This document shows positions 10,259-20,634 of a stretch of 64,000 nucleotides of DNA, piece after piece. Positions within the stretch are counted from its first letter, which is position 1. Each line of letters starts with the position of its first letter. The notes under the pieces are model-generated. The model was not told the DNA's origin. It worked only from the letters and a program-made list of their open reading frames with translations, and did no database searches. The stretch comes from Candidatus Poribacteria bacterium (lineage in GTDB: Bacteria; Poribacteria; WGA-4E; PCPOR2b), in the NCBI GenBank assembly GCA_965116925.1, contig OZ220744.1:1248001-1312000 (forward strand), read 5' to 3'. The position numbers and the translations under genes were made by a program.

Positions 10259-11004
10259 TTGATGGAATGCAAGTCATCGACTATCACGGGCATGTAGGTT
10301 GCTGGGACCCGATCGGCATGAAGGACGATCCCAAATTAATGCTCCATGCAATGGACTTGGCAGGGATCGACATATCTTGTGTGTTCGGCATCTTCCATCC
10401 TGACGGTACGACGAGCAATGACCAAGCTGCCCACTTTATCGCGCAGCATCCGGATCGCTTTATCGGTTTCGCCTATGTTTCACCGATGATGCCAGAACGT
10501 ATGATACCGGAATTGAATCGTGCAATTGATGAACTAAAATTTCCCGCGATTAAACTTTATCCGCCCTACACCCTTTGGCCCTTTAACCAACCCCAGTGGC
10601 ATCCTATCTACGAGTTCGCAAACGAGCGAGGATTGGCGGTCCTTTTCCACACCGATGGTGGAGAATTAAGCCGACCCCGGTATCTGTCCGAAATTGCGCC
10701 GCAATATCCAAATGCTAAGTTTGTCGCGGGACATGCCGGCAACGTCGTCGAACCTCGCACCGAGGCTATCGCCGCTGCACAGGCATATCCAAACGTCTAT
10801 CTCGAAACCTGCTCGACCTATCGAACGCCCGGTGTGATTGAGCAGTTAGTGAATGAGGCAGGTGCAGATCGGGTGCTGTTTGGATCGGATACACCTCTGA
10901 TGGATCCACGTCCCCAGATCGGCAAAATTATCACCGCTGATATTTCCGACGACGCCAAGCGGCTGATCTTGGGTGGGAATGCCCGCCGTTTGTTGGGGAT
11001 TTAA
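10255..11004 (+). CDS. Amidohydrolase_2 family metallohydrolase
   Basis: IDYHGH, IKLYP, FHT, GHAG and LFGSD motifs. Confidence 0.88.
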   Translation: MIDGMQVIDYHGHVGCWDPIGMKDDPKLMLHAMDLAGIDISCVFGIFHPDGTTSNDQAAHFIAQHPDRFIGFAYVSPMMPERMIPELNRAIDELKFPAIKLYPPYTLWPFNQPQWHPIYEFANERGLAVLFHTDGGELSRPRYLSEIAPQYPNAKFVAGHAGNVVEPRTEAIAAAQAYPNVYLETCSTYRTPGVIEQLVNEAGADRVLFGSDTPLMDPRPQIGKIITADISDDAKRLILGGNARRLLGI

Positions 11005-11034
11005 CCCGCCTATTCTCTGGGGTAGTACGGACCA

Positions 11035-13566
11035 TTAACCGAGTGCTGCTAGCAACTCGCGCTGACCTGATAAACGTTGCTCCCGCTCACTAGCGAAGCG
11101 TTTAATCCCAGCAAAGATTGATTCAGCATCGAGATGTGCTTCCGCTATGACATCCGGTTCAGTTCCACCGGTGAGCCACTGGTTATCCCAGTCTGCGGTC
11201 AGCGAATAGGCCTCCGCCAACGGTCCGAGATTTCTAATAGGCCAAACGCGTTGTGTTCCCGTGCTCACCACCATCAGGTCATAGCGCGCTTCTGGGGGCA
11301 ATACGGACCGACGATAGGCTTCGGGTTGTAGATCGAACAACTCTTCGCTCACAGCCGCGATGATTTTTACGTTTATTCCCTCTGCCTCTAAGCGGGGGAT
11401 AGCCTGGACGAGGTTGACGGTAGAGTTAGAACCTTGGACGACCACATAGCCGTGCTTGGGACTGTCCGGGTCAAAATCGCGGATGACATATAGCCCTTTG
11501 GACGCAGCTGTGAGATCACTATCTGCAAACGTGGCACGGTCTGCTACCGGAAAATCTGGCCGCGCGACTTCGATGATAATGACCCCAACCCGCGGATCGC
11601 GAGCGGCTACCTCGGCAGCAGCAAAATAGCCCGGTGCAACATCGTTGTAATCCCAAAAACTAACATTTATCGCCTGCCCCCGCGGGAAGAGCTTCCACAC
11701 CTGCGGTGCAAAAATACCGAAGTGCGTACGTGCATCGGCGGCGGTCTCTGGCCCTGAATGCCCAGCGAGGACGTTAAGAACGCCCATTCGGAAAGGGCTG
11801 TCCTGATTCTGTTGGCTCCATACACGGGCGGGCAGGTACATCAACGGTGTAAAAGCACCATATGTACCGCTCAATGCCCAAACCCCAGCGAACTTCTCCG
11901 GATCGAGCGATGCGCTTTGACCAACCAACCCGATAGCACTTGACACATTTCCCGCTTCTTGGATAGGGGCTTTAAACCGCGTACCGGCAGGATTGCTAAC
12001 CGGATTGTAATGTCCCCAGAGGCTGCCATGTTCAACATTGATGGACTCTGAAAGGTCAGCGGCGAGGGTGATAAAGCGGTTATCTGTCACATAGTTCATC
12101 CATTTGATAATTTCCGAAATTGCCCGACGGGTTCCGGCGACCTCTCCGGGTTCCTTGAACAGGCTGATACTCACCTCCTGTTCCTCACCCGATACTGGAT
12201 TCTTCACGCTAGGCGTCTGCGGCTCAACCGGCAGATTTTCGACCCGAAGCCGGTCATCCAGAAACGGATCGCGGTTGGTATCAACCCGGAGCGGTAAATT
12301 ATCCTGAACCGCGCTACCAATATCGACGAGTCGATTGGCAAGCCAGTCTCCCAACCCTTTTTGCTCAAGTACCGACATCACAACGTCAATGTTGGTCTTG
12401 AATTGTATCAGACGCTCGCGCTCATCGGTTACCGGTCCATTGCGAATCCCCTCGAATTCTACCCCGTAACGCTTCTCAAAGGTTCCTGCTAAGGCAACGA
12501 AATAGTCTTCGTTCATCTTTAGCTGGTACGGGTGGCTTGGGTAGCTGACTAACTGATCGCCGTACCCCTCAATCTTCCCATCTGTCGCACTGGGCCAATA
12601 GCCCTTGACCGTCCTGCCAATAACGATCATGGGGCGCCGGTCATCGGGATCCCAATCTTCCATTGTTTTGAGAACCGCAAGAATCTGGTCATAATCATTG
12701 CCGTTTTCAAGGGAAAACACATTCCAACCGTAGGAAGTCCACTGCTCCTCGAGTTCGTACTGCTTGTACCTAGAATCGATCACCCCACCCACTAAGGTAT
12801 CATCGATGCCGGCGTTATTATAAGAAAGCAGGATACGCAAACGTTTTCCCACCTGCATTGCAAGGCCTTGCGTTTTTAGCTCTTGGGCGTGTCCCTCGGT
12901 CATGGCAAATTCACCCTCAAGTGCGAGCACCTTCAATGAATCAGGAGCATCCAGAAAGTTCCAGAACGCCGCTTTGCCAGCAGCTGTCGCAATACCAATA
13001 CCTGAAGGCCCCCCGTTGACATCGTTAGTCAGATCGGTTGTTTCGGAATGTCCCGCCAGCGACCGAATACCGCGTAACTTTGCCTGTGCAAAAAGCGGAT
13101 GGTCCTCCAAATCGTTCTCTTGCAACAAGGTCTTTAGTGCCCCTGCACCGCGTCGAAAGCCTAGTACATCTATCGGCAACATCGCGATTTCCGGCGCAAC
13201 CTTGTAACGCGGATCTCCTGTAGCTGTGTGTGCCCGCGCCATTGCCTCACCCATAATCATCCACAACGCATACGCGGTAGGAATGTTATGCCCGCCAGCG
13301 AGCATGAACTTATCGCAGAACGGATGCTTGGGGTTACGATAGTCGTAGCGCAACCCTCCAAGCTCTGGACCCGCTAAATGGAGCGCGACATTGTAGGGCG
13401 TATAAGCCAGTGGACCGCCGAAGTGGCCCGTCTGTGCGTAATTACCAAGCAGCACCAACGTCATACAGGTCATGTGCCCGATATCCTCAAAGCGCGCCTG
13501 ATCATATGTCGCGGTTAATGCCTCAACAGGTGATAGTAAGGTGTTCGCATTGAGCGTATTTTGCAT
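11035..13566 (-). CDS. Transketolase-like ThDP enzyme, single polypeptide
   Basis: GHFGG, AGGH, LAGH, RTVKG, ADL..S and I.EA motifs in transketolase order. Confidence 0.8.
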   Translation of the reverse strand: MQNTLNANTLLSPVEALTATYDQARFEDIGHMTCMTLVLLGNYAQTGHFGGPLAYTPYNVALHLAGPELGGLRYDYRNPKHPFCDKFMLAGGHNIPTAYALWMIMGEAMARAHTATGDPRYKVAPEIAMLPIDVLGFRRGAGALKTLLQENDLEDHPLFAQAKLRGIRSLAGHSETTDLTNDVNGGPSGIGIATAAGKAAFWNFLDAPDSLKVLALEGEFAMTEGHAQELKTQGLAMQVGKRLRILLSYNNAGIDDTLVGGVIDSRYKQYELEEQWTSYGWNVFSLENGNDYDQILAVLKTMEDWDPDDRRPMIVIGRTVKGYWPSATDGKIEGYGDQLVSYPSHPYQLKMNEDYFVALAGTFEKRYGVEFEGIRNGPVTDERERLIQFKTNIDVVMSVLEQKGLGDWLANRLVDIGSAVQDNLPLRVDTNRDPFLDDRLRVENLPVEPQTPSVKNPVSGEEQEVSISLFKEPGEVAGTRRAISEIIKWMNYVTDNRFITLAADLSESINVEHGSLWGHYNPVSNPAGTRFKAPIQEAGNVSSAIGLVGQSASLDPEKFAGVWALSGTYGAFTPLMYLPARVWSQQNQDSPFRMGVLNVLAGHSGPETAADARTHFGIFAPQVWKLFPRGQAINVSFWDYNDVAPGYFAAAEVAARDPRVGVIIIEVARPDFPVADRATFADSDLTAASKGLYVIRDFDPDSPKHGYVVVQGSNSTVNLVQAIPRLEAEGINVKIIAAVSEELFDLQPEAYRRSVLPPEARYDLMVVSTGTQRVWPIRNLGPLAEAYSLTADWDNQWLTGGTEPDVIAEAHLDAESIFAGIKRFASEREQRLSGQRELLAALG

Positions 13567-13790
13567 CTTTATTCCTAATATGTTAGAGGTTTGTGAGTGA
13601 ATATGTCGGAGAATCCCGAACCTTGAGCAAAATTCTGTTTCGATGCTGTTGTACAGCAGTTACTTTGCCGCGATGTGACAAATTGAGTGTACTGAAATTC
13701 CTGGCTATTGAGAAAACAGTAGCAGAAGTTTAGGGTAGGCAGATTGTTCGATGAAACCGACTTTATCAATGATTGACCTTTAGGAAAAAA

Positions 13791-14774
13791 TTAATAGCTT
13801 AAACGTCCCGTCACATGAGCCAAATTATCGCCGACATGAACACGGTGAATCCGTCGCAACATAATAACAACACCAGCATTCTCGGTCATTATCTCCGCCA
13901 CGACTGCACCGAAGGGATCGCGAACAGTGCCCAAACGTTGACCGGCACTAACTTCGTCCAACAAAGCTACGTCGGACCGAAAGTAGCCAGCAGCGGGTGT
14001 CGAAATGACGCTGTCCATATTCCCATCACCGGACAGGTGATGGGTGATAGGTTGGGGTTGGGGTTGACCGTCCAGCATATCAAGATGCTTCATCACATTG
14101 ATTACGCCGGTGGTAAAGCAATCGACATCGGATGGGTGGGCATAGCCGCCACCACCAGCTTCGGTATAGATCGCTGGTACACCTAATTCCGTAGCGGCTG
14201 ACAAACTCCGACCGGGCGGCATTGGTGGTGGATGCTCCCAAACCACCGGGGTGCCAAATGCCAACGCACCGGCTCGCGAGCGTCTGCCAAGCTCATCGTC
14301 GCTGTGGGTATAGCCAATGAGTGATGGAATTTCGGAGGCGACACCGCCACTGTGGAGGTCAATAACGAAGTCAGCGGGTTTGAATAGCTTTTGAGTAATC
14401 CAGTAAGCAATCCGTTGCGTGATAGTACCGTCAGGATCCCCCGGAAAGACGCGCGCCAGATTCAATCCATCGATAGGGCTGCTGCGGAGAACGGATTCAT
14501 AGGCGGGTACGTTACAAATTGGAACCATCAGTAATGCACCGCGTAGCGCATTAGGGGCTACCCGCCGGAATACTTCGGGGATCGTCTCAACCCCTTCATA
14601 TTCATCGCCGTGCACCGCTCCGAGGACAATCAATGTGGGACCAGCGGTTGCCCCTATCACGTAAAGGAATGGTAAACGCCAGTCGCCTCCGTCTGCCCGT
14701 GGTCCAACTTCTAGCCATGCGGACGCTTTGGAATCACAAGGCAATTGTGAAATGTCAAATTCTTGAAAACGCAC
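13791..14774 (-). CDS. Succinylglutamate desuccinylase/aspartoacylase (M14) family
   Basis: HGDE, NLARVFPG, IDLHSGG, TEAG motifs and C-terminal biotinyl-like domain. Confidence 0.9.
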   Translation of the reverse strand: MRFQEFDISQLPCDSKASAWLEVGPRADGGDWRLPFLYVIGATAGPTLIVLGAVHGDEYEGVETIPEVFRRVAPNALRGALLMVPICNVPAYESVLRSSPIDGLNLARVFPGDPDGTITQRIAYWITQKLFKPADFVIDLHSGGVASEIPSLIGYTHSDDELGRRSRAGALAFGTPVVWEHPPPMPPGRSLSAATELGVPAIYTEAGGGGYAHPSDVDCFTTGVINVMKHLDMLDGQPQPQPITHHLSGDGNMDSVISTPAAGYFRSDVALLDEVSAGQRLGTVRDPFGAVVAEIMTENAGVVIMLRRIHRVHVGDNLAHVTGRLSY

Positions 14775-14779
14775 TGCGT

Positions 14780-15508
14780 CTAGTGTCCTCCGACTTCACC
14801 AACCTGAATCTCAATTTCATCCCGATCTCGGATCCGTTCGACCAATCCGTCCCGGATATCAACGATCCGGTCTGAAACATCGAGCATCTTTAAGTCGTGG
14901 GTCGCCGAAATAACAGTTACGCCCTGATCGACATTAAGTTGCTTAATTAAATCGATAATTTCACGTCCGATGACCGTATCGAGGTTCGCCGTCGGTTCAT
15001 CCGCCAAAATAATGCTTGGACCATTTGCGAACGCGCGCGCAATTGCAACCCGCTGCCGCTGACCACCAGATAATTCATCGGGTCTATGGTGAATCCGTTC
15101 CCCTAAGCCAACTCGTTCCAGCAGCTCTTCACCTTTATCACGACGCTCACTGTGCGATAGACCTGCGAAAATCATCGGCAGAGTGACATTTTCGAGTGCC
15201 GTCATGACGTGTAGCAGATTGTAGCTTTGGAAGATGTAACCGACCCTGTGACAGCGGAACCATGCGATTTGGGACTGGCTGAGCTGCCCCATATCTTGAC
15301 CATCAATGAAAACTTTACCTGCGGTCGGAAGGTCTAAGGCACCAATCATATTAAAGAGAGTTGATTTGCCTGAACCAGATGGACCCATCAATGAGATATA
15401 CTCTCCGGTATAGATCTCTAAATCAATCCCGTCGAGTGCTCTGAGCACGTTAGTGCCCATACGGTATTCCTTAACAACCTTTTCAGTTTTAACTACAACG
15501 TCTGCCAT
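14780..15508 (-). CDS. ABC transporter ATP-binding protein (LolD/MacB type)
   Basis: GPSGSGKST, LSGGQRQR, ILADEPT and TH motifs. Confidence 0.95.
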   Translation of the reverse strand: MADVVVKTEKVVKEYRMGTNVLRALDGIDLEIYTGEYISLMGPSGSGKSTLFNMIGALDLPTAGKVFIDGQDMGQLSQSQIAWFRCHRVGYIFQSYNLLHVMTALENVTLPMIFAGLSHSERRDKGEELLERVGLGERIHHRPDELSGGQRQRVAIARAFANGPSIILADEPTANLDTVIGREIIDLIKQLNVDQGVTVISATHDLKMLDVSDRIVDIRDGLVERIRDRDEIEIQVGEVGGH

Positions 15509-15519
15509 TAGCGTCCCTC

Positions 15520-16200
15520 CTAAACTTCAGTCCGCATCGCTTCCGCTGGGGGTAGCTTTGCAGCGCGCCACGCTGGAAACGCCGCGCCGATAACAGACAG
15601 AATCATGCCGAGCACACAACCAGCGAGGATAATCAGTAACACCCCGAATCTAGTAGGCTGCGCGTTTAGCACCGGCAGCAGGGGGAAGTAAAAGAATAGA
15701 TCTAAACCGTAATCCTTAAGTCCTAGGAGAAGTGATCCAAGACAACCGATGAGAGCTCCGATAAGTGCACCCGCTAACCCTTGAAATCCAGATTCTAACA
15801 GGAATAATCTCACGACGAAGCGATCCAAAGCACCGAGACACTTCATCGTACCGATTTCTTGAAAACGTTCTGTGACCGCCATCAGCATCGAATTCGCGAT
15901 GCCTACGACGCAGACAATTAGGGACATGATAATCAACCACTTATCTTTCATCGAAATCCCGGTCGTTTCTTCCTCTTCAAAAGTGGTGATTTCCTGTCTT
16001 GAGCCGCTCTCTTTCATTGCGACAGTTACCTCATTATTTACCAATACTGACACCAGAAATGCGATCCCCAACGTAATGCCCGCGGTTGTAATGACTGATC
16101 GTCCGAAACGGATCATCAAGCTCTGAAAACTAATCCTCACAGATTCCATGAATGGGAGCTCAATCTGTTGTCCAATAGTACTTCGTGTCTGTTGTTCCAA
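15520..16200 (-). CDS. Short FtsX-like ABC permease
   Basis: Four TM segments; VTER..EIGTMKCLGA and PAWRAAKLPP.EA motifs; TTG start after AGGAGG. Confidence 0.85.
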   Translation of the reverse strand: MEQQTRSTIGQQIELPFMESVRISFQSLMIRFGRSVITTAGITLGIAFLVSVLVNNEVTVAMKESGSRQEITTFEEEETTGISMKDKWLIIMSLIVCVVGIANSMLMAVTERFQEIGTMKCLGALDRFVVRLFLLESGFQGLAGALIGALIGCLGSLLLGLKDYGLDLFFYFPLLPVLNAQPTRFGVLLIILAGCVLGMILSVIGAAFPAWRAAKLPPAEAMRTEV

Positions 16201-16235
16201 ATTCCAGTCCTCCTGATTTCTAAAATTGCAAAGTC

Positions 16236-16264
16236 ATTTTATCATGATGCGAGGATAAAGTCAA
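16236..16264 (-). promoter_or_regulatory. Sigma70-type promoter for permease/ATPase operon
   Basis: TTGACT-17 bp-TAAAAT with TG extension. Confidence 0.55.
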
Positions 16265-16321
16265 GCCTTGCACTAGTGAATTTAGGGCATTAAATTTCAA
16301 AGACTCATGGCAGGGCTAGAG

Positions 16322-17779
16322 TCAATCGTTCAATCCGACCGGATATGGACCGTATTCAACGAGAATTTCTACATCTTCGACGGTAACTCCGCCCACGAAT
16401 CCCATAGGTCGTTCCTTGAGCGCAACCTCCAACACATTTGACCCCTTCTGCGGGCGTACACGTTCCAAGTGAAATTCCAACCACTGACCGGCATACGGGT
16501 CTCGCGATCTGATGATGCTGCGTGTGCACCGCTCCCCCACCAACGACTGTCCATTCAACCGCACATCAAATGTATCCGCAGTTACCAGATTGGTCACACC
16601 AAGCCGGAGTTGAACACTTTGCACTCGGTCATTTTGGGTGTCATCAGCGATGAAAAACGGGATTTGATAACGTCTCTCTGCATCCGCCGATGGGATTTCA
16701 ACTGGCAAAAAGGCTTCATAATCGTGACCGCTTGTCGCATCGGAATGTCGGCGCAGGAAATAATGTTTATCGCCTTCCTTGACCAATTCCGGGTCCCCTA
16801 ACTCTGTGAGCGTGCGGCGTTCCGCATCGCCTAGGGGCCACGGCAGAAACCAAGCGTAAAGTCCATCGACCCCACGTTCCCAAAAGTTAGCAGCGGCTGC
16901 CCGCATCATGGGGGGCGTCGCATCTTCTACCGAGTAGAAACGACGATTCTCCTCGCTGTAGTAGGGTTGTAACATGCCGTATACCGAAATATCGTTTTCG
17001 TGCGCCTCCTGTACCAACCAATCAATTGGCATGTTAGCATCAAGCACAAAGAACGCATAGACCATCGGAACGACGAAGTCAACTAACCCTTCTTGTAGCC
17101 AAGTTTGTACATCCAACCCCGTTTTCTTGTTTAACTCCAAGGTCGGATATATCCGCGCACCGATCTGCCCGGGTTCCCCCGGTCGATTGCGTACCATCTC
17201 CGCGACATTCCGAACAAAATCGGTCATCACCGGTGTATACTCCGGGACGTCTTCGGGTGTGAGCCAGAAGGGGCTTCCGCCCGGAGCCGCAGCGAAATCC
17301 AACTCCACGCCTTCTACAGGATACTGTGTGGCGAGCTCTTCCAACACCGCAAACTGATGGTCACGCACTTCTGGGTGGGCAAATCCTCGTCCACCGTTTG
17401 CCAGCGCGTGCTGTGGATCCATACCACCATAACCTCCCATGCGCAGACTAGCGAAAAAGTCCATCCCTTTCTCATGTGCCCGGTCGATGAGGAGCATCAA
17501 CGGATCGATTCCTCGGTTTATCAAGCTTTGCATGTTTTCCCAGATGCGCCAGTAAGGGGCACTGTCAAAGGGGCGGATGTCATCTCCAAACTGCATACCG
17601 ACTTTGGAGGGATAGAATAGCCCATCAGCGCGGGATACCCCATAGATAAAGGTGTCGCAGCTTGTCCCGGCGACCTCGTCCACAGCCGACCACGCCTCTT
17701 CCAACCGGATCGGTGGCTCAAAAACGAACAGATAGTAATGACGGGCATCATTGAAATAAATTGTTCTATGTCGTCTCAT
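16322..17779 (-). CDS. Glycoside hydrolase-like TIM-barrel protein (GHL10-like) with C-terminal beta domain
   Basis: YPSKVG, FFASLRM, F..PEVRD and YPVEGVELDF motifs. Confidence 0.6.
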   Translation of the reverse strand: MRRHRTIYFNDARHYYLFVFEPPIRLEEAWSAVDEVAGTSCDTFIYGVSRADGLFYPSKVGMQFGDDIRPFDSAPYWRIWENMQSLINRGIDPLMLLIDRAHEKGMDFFASLRMGGYGGMDPQHALANGGRGFAHPEVRDHQFAVLEELATQYPVEGVELDFAAAPGGSPFWLTPEDVPEYTPVMTDFVRNVAEMVRNRPGEPGQIGARIYPTLELNKKTGLDVQTWLQEGLVDFVVPMVYAFFVLDANMPIDWLVQEAHENDISVYGMLQPYYSEENRRFYSVEDATPPMMRAAAANFWERGVDGLYAWFLPWPLGDAERRTLTELGDPELVKEGDKHYFLRRHSDATSGHDYEAFLPVEIPSADAERRYQIPFFIADDTQNDRVQSVQLRLGVTNLVTADTFDVRLNGQSLVGERCTRSIIRSRDPYAGQWLEFHLERVRPQKGSNVLEVALKERPMGFVGGVTVEDVEILVEYGPYPVGLND

Positions 17780-17841
17780 AGCGGGTGTCCCTTCTTGTAC
17801 CCTAGAGATGGAGGTGGGTAGTATCCTCTGTTTTTTCGATC

Positions 17842-17870
17842 TTGACATTCAATCCTCAACCTATTATAAT
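17842..17870 (+). promoter_or_regulatory. Consensus sigma70 promoter upstream of thiO
   Basis: TTGACA-17 bp-TATAAT, perfect consensus. Confidence 0.75.
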
Positions 17871-17937
17871 CGAAGGTGAGAACATAGTCACTATAATTTT
17901 ATACTTTTCAGGCGTTTTTATGGGATTGAATAGGATC

Positions 17938-19041
17938 ATGAATAAAGAATCTCTCCGTGCAGATGTGATCATTATTGGCGGCGGTGTAATCGGCTGTGCA
18001 ATCGCTTATAACCTTGCCAAAGCACAAATAAAAACACTGGTTATTGATAAAGCGGACAACGTTGGGCGTGAGGCGTCGTGGGCGGGTGCAGGAATCCTAG
18101 CATCTCACGCATCAACGCACGACCCCTATGCCGAACTCTGTCGTGCGAGTTTGGGGCTTTATCCGGCGTTGGCAGAAGCGTTGCAAGCGGAAACGCAGAT
18201 AGATATTGAGTTTATTAGGTCTGGATCTATCGCCGTGTTTTTCACCGATGAAGAGAAACAGGGGTTGACGGGACTAGCTGCACGGCGGTTGGATCGCGGT
18301 TTTTCTGCGGAGGTACTCATACCTGAAGAGGTCTGGGAACTGGAGCCTGCAATTTCCCCATCGATTGTCGGCGGAGTACGCTTCCCACACGATGCACAGG
18401 TCAGAAATCCTAAATTGGTGCAGGCGTTGGCAAAAGGGGCAGCACTGCTTGGAACGGAATTTCTGTTCGGCAATCCTGTGACTGCATTTCTGCGAGAAGG
18501 GGAGCGGGTGGTAGGCGTTGAGGTGAACGGAGAGCGCATTCACGCCGACACATTTGTAATCGCATCGGGGTGCTGGTCCGGGACAATCGCTGCCCAACTC
18601 GGCAGCGCGCTGCCCATGGAGCCAGCACGTGGACAGATGGTGTTAGCAGAAGCGATGCCGCCAATTCTACGGCACGTCATTGATGGCTTGGGCGTTTACT
18701 TGGTTCCCCGGTCTGATGGCAAAATCCTAATCGGTGCCACCGTTGAGTTTGTTGGCTACGACAAACGAACAACGCTAGAGGGCACGCGACAGATGATTGA
18801 AGCCGGCATCGGGTTGATGCCAACCCTCGCCGAAAAATCCTTTGTACAGACATGGGCGGGGCTGCGTCCTTACGCAAAGGGCGGTCCATATATTGGAGCG
18901 CTGCCCGGCTTTGACAATGTGTTTGTCGCCGCCGGACACTTCAAGAACGGCATTCTGCTTGCGCCAATCACAGGGAAACTGATCAGTGAGTTGATTACAA
19001 CAGGAAATCCATCAATGTCGCTAGCACCATTTAGCCTGTAA
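17938..19041 (+). CDS. thiO: Glycine oxidase ThiO / FAD-dependent D-amino acid oxidase
   Basis: GGGVIG, ASWAGAGIL, RGQM, YLVPR.DG, WAGLRP and GHFKNGILLAP motifs. Confidence 0.8.
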   Translation: MNKESLRADVIIIGGGVIGCAIAYNLAKAQIKTLVIDKADNVGREASWAGAGILASHASTHDPYAELCRASLGLYPALAEALQAETQIDIEFIRSGSIAVFFTDEEKQGLTGLAARRLDRGFSAEVLIPEEVWELEPAISPSIVGGVRFPHDAQVRNPKLVQALAKGAALLGTEFLFGNPVTAFLREGERVVGVEVNGERIHADTFVIASGCWSGTIAAQLGSALPMEPARGQMVLAEAMPPILRHVIDGLGVYLVPRSDGKILIGATVEFVGYDKRTTLEGTRQMIEAGIGLMPTLAEKSFVQTWAGLRPYAKGGPYIGALPGFDNVFVAAGHFKNGILLAPITGKLISELITTGNPSMSLAPFSL

Positions 19042-19218
19042 CGGGCAAATTGGTAACGTAGGAGAAGGAGTTCATGGGCGTTATATCCCTACCCACAGGC
19101 GAAACCATCCGCAGTGAAGTCTTCCCAGGCTTTCAACTAGCTGTGAACGCAATTTTTACCTAATACCATCGGCACTTCCCTGCGGCGTTTTACGTTTCAC
19201 GCATCACGTTTCACGCGC

Positions 19219-20457
19219 TTACGTATGTCTAATCGCATCAATTGGCGTGAGCTTCGCTGCACGGCTTGCCGGGTAATATCCGAAAAATACGCCAACACCC
19301 CCGCCAGCCATTACAGCCGTCAACACCGATTCAACGGTGATGACCGAGGGCCACTCAATAAAATCCCTCATAAATTTACTGACCGCCCATGCAAAGCCGC
19401 TGCCTAACGCCGCCCCCAGAACGATGCCAATCATACTCCCGATAAGACACAGAATAATAGACTCAATCAGAAACTGTATGCGTATATCAAAGCTCTTCGC
19501 GCCAACAGCTTTCCGCAACCCAATCTCAGGGATCCGCTCTGTAACAGATACCAGCATGATATTCAGGATGCCGATTCCGCCGACAATCAAAGCAACAGAG
19601 GCGATGATGACGAGAATCATTTCAATAACCATGATAATGCGGTTCGCAGATTCTAGCTCCTCCTTCATCACCCATGTTTCAAAGAACTCCTCACCGTCGT
19701 GGTTGCGCTTCAATACCGTTTTGACTTCCTCCACCGCTTGATCGACAGATTGATGGTCTTTTGCACGGATCAGAATATGCCCCACCTGATCGTTGCCCCA
19801 AAAATGGGTCTGCGCTGTGGTAATTGGAATAAATACTTGGTTGTCCTCGCTATTCTCCGTGTCGAGCCCTTTGCCTCTAGACTCCATTACCCCCACGACG
19901 GTAAACCGCTGATTGTTAATTTTTATCTCCCTACCGATTGGGTCAAGCTCCGCAAACAGATCCTTCCAGATCTCCTCACCAATCACACAGACCTTGCTCC
20001 AGAGACTAAGATCATCATCAGACAAAAATCTACCATATCCACTGTACCACTTGCGTGCAATTTGATACTCGTGAGCGGTGGCTTGCATCTGAGCGAACTT
20101 GCGTTTCCCTCCAACCGAAATCGTTGCACTACCCCCAGCTTCGGGGGTTGCCACCTCAACGGAAGGACACTCGGTTTGGATCGCGCGTACATCCTCCATC
20201 TTCAGATAGTGTTTGCTCGGATTCCGCATCCATTTCTCATTCTTACGAATCCACTCGCGCCGATATACCCCGAACATACTCGGTCCGCCAACCTTTTCGA
20301 CTTCCCACATCAGGAGTGTCTTCGCTCCCGCCCCGAAGGACATCATCGCAATGACACCCGCAATGCCGATCACGATGCCCAACATCGTCAAAAATGACCT
20401 CAGCTTGTTTGAGCGTAAAATTGAGAATGCAGTGAATACCCCTTCTAACAGTTTCAT
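19219..20457 (-). CDS. MacB-type ABC transporter permease
   Basis: LRSFLTMLGIVIG, periplasmic domain, VGGIGILNIMLVSVTER and FFGYYPA motifs. Confidence 0.92.
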   Translation of the reverse strand: MKLLEGVFTAFSILRSNKLRSFLTMLGIVIGIAGVIAMMSFGAGAKTLLMWEVEKVGGPSMFGVYRREWIRKNEKWMRNPSKHYLKMEDVRAIQTECPSVEVATPEAGGSATISVGGKRKFAQMQATAHEYQIARKWYSGYGRFLSDDDLSLWSKVCVIGEEIWKDLFAELDPIGREIKINNQRFTVVGVMESRGKGLDTENSEDNQVFIPITTAQTHFWGNDQVGHILIRAKDHQSVDQAVEEVKTVLKRNHDGEEFFETWVMKEELESANRIIMVIEMILVIIASVALIVGGIGILNIMLVSVTERIPEIGLRKAVGAKSFDIRIQFLIESIILCLIGSMIGIVLGAALGSGFAWAVSKFMRDFIEWPSVITVESVLTAVMAGGGVGVFFGYYPASRAAKLTPIDAIRHT

Positions 20458-20634
20458 CTAATTTCCTTTTCTGATAGGAGTTTCACACTTCAGTAAGAAA
20501 CAACGATCATTGTTCCCTACAAAGCAAAACCGATACCTAAGGATCTACTATAAGTTACCCAATTTATCTGCTATCTATACAGAAACGATGGATAACCGAA
20601 CGGCGGAGTATTAAGTTATTTCGGCACTACTTGA

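Noticed and set aside
19055..19150. Possible structured RNA between thiO and the permease
   Set aside because: No riboswitch or ribozyme consensus recognised and no second copy in the window
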